This document shows positions 53,588 through 64,000 of a DNA stretch of 64,000 bases, one piece after another. Source of the DNA: Eledone cirrhosa. Lineage: Eukaryota. How positions within the stretch are numbered: position 1 is the stretch's first letter; every line of letters starts with the position of its first letter. The translations under genes and the position numbers were made by a program. The notes below the pieces were generated by a model. The model ran no database searches and was not told the DNA's origin. It saw nothing but the letters and a program-made list of their open reading frames with translations. The DNA is taken from positions 22,154-86,153 of the forward strand of contig CAXHJY010000303.1 of assembly GCA_964016885.1 (NCBI GenBank). The letters run 5' to 3'.

Positions 53588-54392
53588 GTAAGTATATCAG
53601 CACATACTTCAACTTAGAATCATATAATTTTGTTAAGTTTCATGTCAGCCCTGATTCATCAGTCTTTTTTTTTTTTTGTACATCACATGCTACATTGTGC
53701 AATGTCTCTTTATATTTTTAACCCTTTTGATATCAAATTCTCCTCTGATTCAATGAAATAAAATCACCCATTTTAAAGGGTTTCCATTTAAATGAACATC
53801 TTTGAACATAATTTTATATAAAAACCATGTTAAATTACCTGTCTTAGTAATGAAATAATTAATAATTTTAGTAAATTCATTAAAATTCTTCATTAATTAA
53901 TTGAAATAGAATATATTTTATTAGAAATACAGTCACACAAGAGTTAAGAGTAGAAGGATGTAAGAAGAGATAAAGTTAGCTACCACTTCTTGTAGGTCTA
54001 TGACCATGCTTTTGGACTTACGATCATAATGTTGTGGGTTTGATTCCTGAACTGGGTTGTGTGTTTGATTCCTGAACTGAGTTGTGTGTTGTGTTCTTGA
54101 GCATAACACTTATTTCACATAACTCAGCTGAAAATGAGTACCAGCAGTAACAGGCATCTAGTCTAGGGGGAAGTCTTGTACTTTCACTTGCTTAAATCCA
54201 TGGAAGCCAGGATAAACACTGGCCTGATGAGCCTCCAGGCTTGAGGTAGATGTTAGACTTCGACTTTAGGACCATGTCGTGGTATCTTCATTGGCTTGAA
54301 AATCATGTAGATTTTCTGTAAGCTAAAAAATGCATCAAATAGATCAGTAATCGTATTATTTTTTTCTTTTTCATTCTTTAAACACTACATTA

Positions 54393-54650
54393 ACACTGTC
54401 CCCTCTACATAATTTACTGTCCTCTCTAAACATACCACTGTCACTTCCACATGTCACTGTCCCTTCTACATATATTTACTGTTCTCTCAATATATATTTT
54501 AGTGTCCCCTTTACATACCACTGTCCCCTTTACACATACACTGTCACCTCTACATATACCTCTGTCCCTCCACATGTATCACTGTCACCTCTACATACAT
54601 CACTTTCACGCTTACATATTACAGTCCCCTCTGCAAATGTTGCTGTCCTT
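54393..54650. repeat. Degenerate ~21-bp minisatellite (cactgtcccctctacatatac)
   Basis: Recurring cactgtc(c/a)c motif at about 20-23-bp spacing. Confidence 0.75.
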
Positions 54651-55459
54651 AGACTCAGTCTACCTAAGTCCTTAGAGTGAAATTAGGTTGACAGAAACTA
54701 TAGGGAAGCTCTTCAAATCGACTGTACCTGCAATGTAAATGTCCCAACTTTGGTTCACATTCATTCTGTATGATAATTACCTGAAAGATACAAGTGTCTG
54801 TGGAATACTCAGCCATTTACACTATATTTGAGTGATCCAACAACAGGAGTATTCTTTGACACAATATTATCCTTCAACACCAAGGCCAAATATTTTTATA
54901 AGAAATCAATTCATTATTATTTTAAAACAGAGGTAATATGGTAGTTATTATTTACATCCCAGTTTTGTGCATTTAGTGTCTACATTAAGATGTATGATTA
55001 ACCCTTTTGTGACCATATTTCTAATGTCTTTTTCAATTAATGAAGAATTTTGAGGGATTTACTAAAATCATTAATTATTTCATTACTAAAATAGTGACTT
55101 CATATGGTTCTTATATAAAATTGCTAGAATATCTTAATTCAAATAGAAACCTTTGAAATGGGTGGTTTCGTTTCATAGAACTAGAACTGGTTTTGTCTGG
55201 CTTGTTATCAAAAGGGTTATTATAACATGTTCAAATTTTAGAAGTTATTGATGTGTTTCTAATTCATACTAATTGATTATAGTTACTATAATGCATTGAT
55301 TGTGGTTTGAATAAGATATAATCTCTTTGTAGTTTGAGATGCGTTAAATATTTGATTTGGTGACACATGTTTTTTATTATAGTGTTTGATATATTAACTA
55401 GATATTTTGTTACTGTAATGCATAATGCAATATCTAGAACTATATACTGTATTAATTAC

Positions 55460-57172
55460 AGCTGTAGTGTCTAATGTACAGATGTGGTGTCTGATGTATT
55501 ATCTAGAGCTCTAATGTCTGATGTATTATCTACAGATGTAGTGTCTGATGTATTATCTATAGATGTAATGTTTGATATATTATCATCAGATGTAATGCCT
55601 GATGTATTGTCACAAGATGTAATGTCTGATATATTATCTACAGATGTTGTGTCTGATGTATTATTTAGAGATGTAGTCATCATCATCATCATCATCATCA
55701 ACGTTTAACGTCCGTGTTCCACGCTTGCATGGGTTTGGACGGGGGTAGTCCCACTTGAGGCAAGAGTGATTGTCTTGCTCGCATAGGACTATCTGGCAGG
55801 TTTTCTACAGTTGGATGCCCTTCCTAACACCAACCACATTTACAGTGTGGGTCTGGGAGGTTTTTACCGTGTTGCCTACACGGCCACATTACAGCGTGGA
55901 CTGTGTGTTTTTTTGTCGTGACACCTACACGATCTCATTTGTTTTGGCCTGGATGGCGCGGCACCAACATAACTTTACATAGAACGGGGTGGTGTGGGGG
56001 TGGGGGTGGTGGGACGGGGTGTATTTTGTTAGAGATGCCTACTGGCTGTAGTAGGTTTTACTATGTATTTAGGTAAGGCGGGTCTTCTCTGTTACTGAGT
56101 ACCGCCAAAGGTCTCGGTCCAGTGACATTGTCTTGGTGAGGTGTAAGTGTGTGAGGTCGGAGTTTATCAGCTCGTCCCAGGTTTTTCTAGGTCTGCCTAT
56201 TCCGTGGCTACCGTCTATCTTTATTTCCCTGCACTTTGTTATACAGCTATCAACTTTCATGCGCATCACGTGTCCATACCAACGTAGCCTTCTCTCGAGT
56301 AAACAACATCTGATCCCTCTTATTTCTAATTTTTTCCTTAGTTCGTTTATGCTTTGCCGTTCACGTATATTACTGTTACACATCCAGCGGAGCATGCAAG
56401 CTTCGTTCCTCTCTAGTCTGCGTATATCCTCTGCACACAATGCCCAGGTCTCACTGCCATGCAACATTGCTGTTCGTATGCAGGCATCGTACAACCTGCC
56501 TTTCATTTTTAGGGAGAACCCTTTAGCAGCTAATAGTGGTATAAGCTCTCTGAACTTTTTCCAACCAGTTCTGACTCTAGCTACTGTACTTTCAGAGCAC
56601 CCTCCCCCACTGCTGATTTTATTGCCCAGGTAACGGAAGCTGTCCACTATTTCTATAGAACCCTCTGCGCAATTGAAAGAGCTAGTATTTTGTGGGCACT
56701 TGCTGCTACTTATTGCACCAGAGCACCGGCCACATGTAAAATCTATGTTCTTAATTAGCTTACCTGTGATCCCACTACATCTTTTATGCACCCATACTTT
56801 GCATTTAGGACATAAAATGGAGTTTCTACCTACGCCTTTCCTACACACCGAGCACGACCATTTCCCAGAAGGGACCGCCGCCTTATTTTCTTTCCTACAA
56901 ACTAGAACTTTAATCTTAGCCAGGTTAATTTTAAGTCCTTTTGATTCTAGGCCGTGCTTCCATGTTTGGAATTTCTTCTCTAGCTCGGCCATTGATTCCG
57001 CTATGAGTGTCAAGTCGTCTGCGTATAGGAGTTCCCATGGGCAGCCGGTCTTGAACTCCTCTGTTATAGCCTGAAGGGCAATAATAAATAGTAGTAAATA
57101 GTAGTGTCTGATGTAATATCTAAAGATATGTAATATCTGATATATTATCTACAGATGTAGTGTCTGATGTAA
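55460..57172. repeat. 27-bp minisatellite (tctacagatgtagtgtctgatgtatta) split by an RTE insertion
   Basis: About 8 units at 55460-55677, continuing at 57100-57172. Confidence 0.88.
55677..57094 (-). mobile_element. RTE-clade LINE 3' part, near-identical to the 20.7-22.1 kb copy
   Basis: ORF 56069-57013; 3'UTR almost identical to 20661-21060; inserted in a 27-bp minisatellite. Confidence 0.94.
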
Positions 57173-57494
57173 GACACATTGTTACTATAATGTATAATGT
57201 ATGATGTATTATCTAGAACTATATGGTGTATTAGCTAAAGGTGTTACACTCAATGTATTGTAGTATATAGTATGTGATTTATTAACTAGAACTGTTAGAT
57301 TCAATGTGCTTTAGTCTATTATGCATTGATTTTATTTATGATAAAGCACTGCATCATTATAATCTCTGACATAATAATGATAGCTATGATAACACTTGTT
57401 GTCATTCACTTTTATGATGTATTCATTATAACGATATATATATATAATAGGTGGTTCAGTAGATTTGTGGTTTACTGAGGAAAGTACTCTATGC

Positions 57495-57754
57495 TTAGTC
57501 TTAAGCCAGAAGGCTCATTTGGCCGGTTTTATGGCGTGAAGCGACTGAGAGTACAAGATTCCTCCCTGGACAGGACGCCAGTCCATCGCAGGTTTAAACC
57601 TCCAGCTATTGCTGATACTCATTTCCAGCTGAGTATACTAGAGCAACGTGAAATAAAGTGTTTTGCTCAAGAACACAACACGCAACGCAGGAATCGAACC
57701 CACAAATTTATGATCGTAAGTCCAACACCTTTACCACTAGGCCACGTGCCTCCA
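57495..57754 (-). mobile_element. SINE family B
   Basis: Colinear with 26945-27184 and 28757-29030. Confidence 0.85.
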
Positions 57755-58152
57755 CTCTATGCTTAGGCAGAGTGTATATATTAGAAAACAATGTGAGGTT
57801 TCACATTAAGGTCTTTATTGACTATACACAGTTAAGATTATACAAAATTATGCGCCTCCATATGTGTTGGGCAGTCAGAAGGGCCAGCTCTGCATCTCAG
57901 AGTGTGTGGAGATCTTAAAACTGAAAGGCTGTGGGATCAACTTGTGGTTATAATGGACTACCTGCACTGATGGGCTCATCTTTTCATCAGGTTCACATGT
58001 GCCTAGACCATGAGGTTTGAATACATGTTGGCATTGTATGTTGTTTGACTTCTCTCATTTCTGATCAAAATCTTCCAACATAATTTTATATAAGAACCTT
58101 GCATTAATAATGAAATAATTAATAATTTTTTCATTAATTAATTGTATCAGAG

Positions 58153-59590
58153 TCATCATCATCATCAACGTTTAACGTCTATCTTCCACGCTAGCATGGG
58201 TTTAGATGGGAATTGTTCCACTTGAGGCAAGATTGGTTGTCTCGCTCGTATAGGACTGTCTGGCAGGTTTTCAACGGCTGGATGCCGTGACACCTACACA
58301 ATCTCATTTATTTAGGACTGGATGTTGTGGTACCAACATAACATTACAGAGAAAGGGGTGGGGTTGGGGGAGTTGAGGTAGTGGGATGGGGGTGTATATT
58401 TGATTAAGAGGCGCCTACTGACTGTAGGTTTCACTTTGTACTTAGGCAAGGCAGGTCTTCTGTATTACTGCGTAGCGCCAAAGATCTTGGTTCAGTGACA
58501 TTGTCTTACAGAGGTGTAAGTGTGTAAGGTCAGAATTTATCAAATCGTCCCAGGTTTTTCTGGGTCTGCCTACTCCGTAACTTCCATCAATTTTGATCGC
58601 CCTGCACTTTTTTATACAGCTGTCATCTTTCATGCACATCACGTGACCGTACCAACGTAGTCTTCTCTCGAGTAAACAGCATCTGATACCTCTTATACCT
58701 AATTTCTCACTTAGTTCATTTATGCTTTGCCGTTCACGTATATTACTATTACACATCCAACGGAGCATGCATGCTTCGTTCCTCTCCAGTCTGCGCAGAT
58801 CCTCTGAACACAATGCCCATGTCTGACTGCCATGTAACATTGCTGTTCGTATACAAGCATCATACAGTCTGCCTTTCATTTTTAGAGAGAAACCTTTAGT
58901 GGCCAATAGTGGTATAAGCTCTCTGAACTTTTTCCATCCCGTTCTGACTCTGGCTACTGTACTTTCAGAGCTCCCTCCACCACTGCTGATTTTGTCACCC
59001 AAGTAACGGAAGGTGTCCACTATTTCTATAGAGCCATCTGGGCAATAGAAGGAGCTAGTATTCTGTGGGCACTTGCTACTTATTGCACCCGAGCACTGGC
59101 CACATATAAAATCTACGTTCTTAGATAGCTTACCTGTGATCCCACTACATCTTTTATGCACCCATACTTTGCATTTAGGACATAAAATGGAATTTCTGCC
59201 TACTCCTTTCCTACACACTGAGCATGGCCATTTCCCAGAAGGGACCTCTGCCCTATTTTCCTTCCTACATACTATAACTTTAGTCTTAGACAAGTTAACT
59301 TTAAGGCCTTTTGATTCTAGGCCATGCTTCCATGTTTGGAATTTCTTCTCTAGTTCCGCCATTGATTCAGCTATGAGCATTAGATCATCTGCATATAGAA
59401 GTTCTCATGGGCAGCCAGTCTTGAACTACTCTGTTATAGCCTGAAGGGCAATAATAAATAGGAGGGGGCTAAGGACAGCCCTGATGAACGCCAACTTTTA
59501 CGCTAAATTCTTCACTATATTTGTTGTTAATTCTAACCTTGCTGACTGTTTCTTTAAACATGGCTTGTATAGCTCTCACAAGCCATTCAT
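58153..59590 (-). mobile_element. RTE-clade LINE 3' part
   Basis: ORF 58442-59380 covers the RT C-terminal region; (GAT)n tail at 58153. Confidence 0.93.
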
Positions 59591-59760
59591 AGTGTATTTC
59601 ATTATTCATACGGTCATGAAAGGGTTATACAATATCAAATAAGTTTACATGGAGAATATATCTTGCTGTGTTGTCCTAACAAAGTATGAAATAACTGTAC
59701 AATGTAGAATATATCTTGTGTTGTGTATGATATCCTAATGGGATTACTTTCTTATTACAG

Positions 59761-59826
59761 ATGAACTACGACGACAACAACAATTTTATAAGAGCAGAGG
59801 TGTTCCATTTCCAAAATCCATTGGAG
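59761..59826 (+). CDS. PCGF3: PCGF3 coding exon 4
   Basis: cttattacag| then (N)ELRRQQQFYKSRGVPFPKSIG, donor G|gtcagt; phases fit both neighbouring exons. Confidence 0.88.
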
Positions 59827-60218
59827 GTCAGTACATCTTAGTTTCATTTTTCACAGTTATAGAGCTTTTGTAAAAGTAATTCCTATACTCTTATGTATTC
59901 TGAGGTGCACTTTCTTCCTTGAATACTTGTTACTTACCAGATGGAGCTTGAATATTAGGCACTTATTAAAAATGCTGTTCCATAGCACATTCTTTTGTAA
60001 CAGGAGTACCTATCATCTTTGGATACCAACACACCTGTTATTTTCCTATATCCCTTCAAACGCTTGATTATTTTCAAACTTAATTGAAATGCATGGACAT
60101 TGTATTTCTTTAAAAATATAATCATGAAAGAGTCAAGTCCGTGTGTGTGTTTATATATATATTTTAATAAAATAACAATGGATAACCAGTTAAGATTTAC
60201 AACATTATTTTACTCTAA

Positions 60219-60405
60219 GGGCGGAGGATTTGCAGTATCGGTAGAGGGTTGGACGCCATGCTTTGACGCATAGAGTTACGGCCCTTGCCATTTTGAGTTC
60301 AAATCCCGCTGAGGTTAACTTTGCCTTTAATCCTTACGTGGTCGATAAAATAAAGTACCAGTACTGCACCGGGTAATTGCTGGCCTTGTGCCAAAAGTAG
60401 AAACA
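60219..60405 (+). mobile_element. SINE family A with 14-bp target-site duplication
   Basis: ATTATTTTACTCTA at 60204-60217 and 60406-60419. Confidence 0.92.
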
Positions 60406-60780
60406 ATTATTTTACTCTATGAACATTTCAATGTAGGATGGTAGGTTGTCTCTCAGTAGATATACTGGGGACCGGTTCGCGTAATATAATGTTGTAAATC
60501 TTAACTGGTTATCCATTATTATTTTATTAAAATTTTGAGCTCTGCAGTTTGTACTATAACAGTCCATAACGTAATCCACGAAGGTTGAACATCATCCAGC
60601 CTTCTGGATTACCGATTGACTAAGGATACTGATTAGCATCAAGCTTCTATAATCTTCACCATGATATATATTAGTAAACTCTAACATAACCTTATATATA
60701 TGATCTCTTAAAACTTTCAATTCTATTGTATTTTGATTATGTTCAATTTGTTAATGATCTTTGATTTGTTATATTTCCAG

Positions 60781-61010
60781 CTAACGAAGAGTGTGTGGAA
60801 ACTGAACGGACACATACACAACCACCAGATTCTGACACACAAGACTATCATCGAAGTGATGAACAAGTGAACATCTGTCTAGAAGGTCGAGGTGTATCGA
60901 TGCGTAATTTAAAACGTAAATTCATTCGATGCTCTTCACAAGCTACCATTATGCAACTAAAAAAGTTTGTTGCACTGAAAGTATTCAACAGTTCAGCTAA
61001 GCATACAGAT
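60781..61010 (+). CDS. PCGF3: PCGF3 coding exon 5 (start of RAWUL domain)
   Basis: atttccag| then (A)NEECVETER...DYHRSDEQVNICLEGRGVSMRNLKRKFIRCSSQATIMQLKKFVALKVFNSSAKHTD, donor |gtaagt. Confidence 0.93.
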
Positions 61011-61077
61011 GTAAGTTTAGCAGATATATTTTTGTTGTTGTATGTTGTTTGACTTCTCTCATTTCTGATTACTAATG

Positions 61078-61360
61078 TTCCATTTGATTGAACAACAGAA
61101 CAGCCTGCTCATGAAATTAACGTGCAAGTGGCTCTGCATTCCACAGACATATGCACTCTTAATGTAGTTTCTAGAGAGATTCAGTGTAACACAGTGTGAC
61201 AAAGCTGGCCCTTTGAATTACAGATACAACCCATTTTTACTAGCTAAGAGTACTGGAGTAATGGGAGATAAAGTGTCTTGCTTAAGAACACAATGCAGTG
61301 CCAGGAATTAAACTTACAACCTTACTATAGTGAGCTGAATACCCTAACCACTAAGCTATG
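61078..61360 (-). mobile_element. Older tRNA-derived SINE family D
   Basis: Shares ttcaaagggcca..cttgtcacact and gcacgttaatttcatgagcaggctgtt with copies at ~16290-16580 (+) and ~16930-17190 (-). Confidence 0.7.
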
Positions 61361-62242
61361 TATTTTAACTTTAAAAAGTCTGAGTCTATTTGGTAGTAAA
61401 TATTTTGTGATAAGAGGTATGTTCATGTGAAATGGAATGAGCCTCCATCAGTTTCGGCATTGAGTTTCCCAGTTGTCCAATCAATGGGACAGCCTGCTCC
61501 TGAAATTACTGTGTAAGCGTCTAAGCATTCTACGGGCAAGTATACCCTTAATGTAATTCTCAAGGAGATTCACTATGGCACAGTGTGTGACATGAACTAC
61601 AGATATGGTCCATTTGACAAGTTTCCAAACAGTTTCTATTTACCTAGTTTTACTGACAAGGCTTTCGCTATGAGTTATGGTCCCATTAGTACAGTGATTA
61701 AATCTGGCCATTAGTGGGATTTGAATCACATAACACAATTCCATCAATCCACTGCCATAGATTGGTATTTTATTTTATTGACCTTGAATGGATGAAAGGC
61801 AAAGTTGACTATGGTGGGATTTGAATTGAGAGCACAAGAAGCTAAAACAAATATCACAAGATATTTTGTCCATGGGGTGCAGCTGAAACACTGCTCAGAC
61901 TGAGGTGTAGTGTCTGTTGCTCACTCCCCCTATCTTTTTCTTTCAGTGCTTAGTTTTTTCCTTTTCTTTTCATTTTTCTATTTTTTTTGTTCCCTTTAAT
62001 AGTGTTTTGTTTTTGTATAAATAGCTTTGTAAAATAAAATGCTCCCAACATATTCTACCTGACGCTCCAATGACTCAGTCAATTCACTGCTTCACCCAAG
62101 TAATTTCTTCTAAATTTTTCCTTCTTTTGGAGGTAAAACATAAATGGTGTTAAATATTCTCATAAGCTCTATCTTCAAAATGTTAAAGTGGAAAGTGATT
62201 GATATTGACTCATTAATCTTTATTTTTCTTTGATCTGTATAG

Positions 62243-62323
62243 ATTGATATTCTCTGTAATGATGCCATCCTAGGAAAAGATCATACGCTGAAATTTATTT
62301 CAGTCACAAGTTGGCAAGCCAAA
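62243..62323 (+). CDS. PCGF3: PCGF3 coding exon 6
   Basis: ctgtatag| IDILCNDAILGKDHTLKFISVTSWQAK |gtaagt, phase 0 at both ends. Confidence 0.94.
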
Positions 62324-62969
62324 GTAAGTTCATATTCACATATTCTCTGATTCCCTAACAGTTTTTAACATGGACATACTATTCAAATGTTTTATAAATG
62401 TTTCCATTATTTAGAATATTTAATTCTTTAACATCCTGTAATAATTTAGTAGAAAATATCTAAAAATGTGTTTGTTAATTTAAATGTTTCTTTACTAGTG
62501 GACAAATTCTGTCAAAGATTTACAGTATTAGTGTAAAGACTTTAATTTTTAATACAATGCAATCATAGTCTTATTATTGATCTTGGATCACCTCCACCTT
62601 TGGAAATAGCAGCTCCGGCATGTTATTTGGCTGTTTGTCTATCATGACATTTCAGTAGGCCTGAGAATGCTTATCAGTGCCCATCTCTTCTCTGAGCATC
62701 AAGTCCCTCACTAAGTTTAGCCTGCCAGCAGAAGCAGTTTCTGGTGGACCCAATAGTTATTCAGGTGAGAACCATGTATCTGTCCACCCTTAAAGATGCT
62801 GCTGGACATCCTGTTATGTATTTTTCAAAAATATTTTTCTAATGTAGTTTCATGCCATACAGGTTGTTAAGAGTTAAGTCCTTCAATATCATAAATATTC
62901 ATTTATTTGAGTAACATATATTCATTTGCTTTTACTATATAACAATGTTTTTCCTTTCTTTTCTTTCAG

Positions 62970-63014
62970 GACACACCATTAATGTTACATTATCGACAGA
63001 GGGTTGACTTGTGA
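62970..63014 (+). CDS. PCGF3: PCGF3 terminal coding exon
   Basis: ttttctttcag| [14 protein letters not shown] then TGA; matches the PCGF3 C-terminal PLLLHYR motif. Confidence 0.93.
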   Translation, partial: DTPLMLHYRQRVDL

Positions 63015-63099
63015 AGGGTCTTTCCCTCTACTGCTCTTTTCTTTCTACATATATGCAGAGACTGATAAACCTATATAAATTCACACATGCACATGCACA

Positions 63100-63141
63100 T
63101 TATATACGTATACGTATATTTATCTATGCGTATATATATAA

Positions 63142-63226
<85 letters not shown>

Positions 63227-63233
63227 TATATAC

Positions 63234-63317
<84 letters not shown>

Positions 63318-63379
63318 ATACACATATATATATATATATATATACATACACACACACACACATATATATATATATACAT

Positions 63380-63441
<62 letters not shown>

Positions 63442-63445
63442 GTGT
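63100..63445. repeat. (TA)n/(CA)n microsatellite just downstream of the PCGF3 stop codon
   Basis: Direct inspection. Confidence 0.95.
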
Positions 63446-63895
63446 TTATTTACATATGGACCTGCTATCATTTCTGCTGTCGCCATTGGTTTACTTAGAA
63501 CAAATCAACAATGTGTTATGCATTTCTGCCTAATGAGGACGTTTACTGGCGTCTGTCGATATCTGAAATGGAGAAAGATGACATCCTATGTATTTCTTGT
63601 ACATATCCCTTGGATAGCTATGACGTCTGTGTTACGGAGCAGTTCTTCAACTGTTGTTCTGTCTCCTTTCTATTGCTTCAACCATGCTAATATTTCCTTA
63701 CTACCATCAACAAAAGACTACATCACTTGGATTCTGGATAACACAATGCAGATTACCTTATCAACAAAATAGTGTGGCAATTTGCAAAATCGTCTCCCTC
63801 TCTCTCTTCCCACCTTTTCTAATCTCCCCACCCGTAAAATCTTTGTATGTGATAACAATGGTCAGAATATGGTTACAGTGTCATTATTATTATTA

Positions 63896-63944
<49 letters not shown>

Positions 63945-64000
63945 CATCATTATTGTTGTTGTTGTTGTTGTTGTTGCTGCTGCTGCTACCTCTCATTCTT

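Larger units (their letters stand above)
27287..63014 (+). other. PCGF3: Polycomb group RING finger protein 3-like gene (7 coding exons, 227 aa; N-terminal C3HC4 RING, C-terminal RAWUL domain)
   Basis: Manual splicing of exons 27287-27395, 51266-51362, 53532-53587, 59761-59826, 60781-61010, 62243-62323 and 62970-63014 gives one 684-nt ORF with GT-AG introns. Motifs [86 protein letters not shown] and PLMLHYR match PCGF3 as recalled. Confidence 0.95.

Noticed and set aside
12245-59444. Recurring plus-strand ORFs overlapping RTE copies (for example 21252-21626, 21666-22067, 56133-56633)
   Set aside because: Antisense shadows of the RT reading frame, with no independent coding evidence.
63011-63772. 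253-aa ORF and overlapping YI-repeat ORFs after the PCGF3 stop
   Set aside because: Open only because of the (TA)n microsatellite; not protein-like.

Overview
AT-rich, repeat-dense animal genomic DNA, not prokaryotic. The SINE and RTE repertoire and the (TA)n/(CAT)n tracts look like an octopod cephalopod (inference). One host gene is reconstructed on the + strand: a PCGF3-type Polycomb group RING finger gene with 7 coding exons (27287..63014, 684 nt, 227 aa, all GT-AG introns in consistent phase) and a possible upstream exon near 5851. The rest is intronic or flanking DNA packed with RTE, R4-like and CRE-like non-LTR retrotransposon fragments, four tRNA-derived SINE families, TTAA-, TA- and hAT-type MITEs, a non-autonomous Helitron and a Penelope-type hammerhead remnant. 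The most striking structure is a ~19.6-kb array of a 29-bp repeat (~675 copies) in the intron that splits the RING finger. The array lies wholly inside a TA-flanked MITE with intact terminal inverted repeats, and a single-monomer copy of the same element sits ~1.5 kb upstream. A 60-bp retroposon tail with a target-site duplication was co-amplified three times within the array. Transposon family names come from motif recognition without database searches, and repeat boundaries are approximate.
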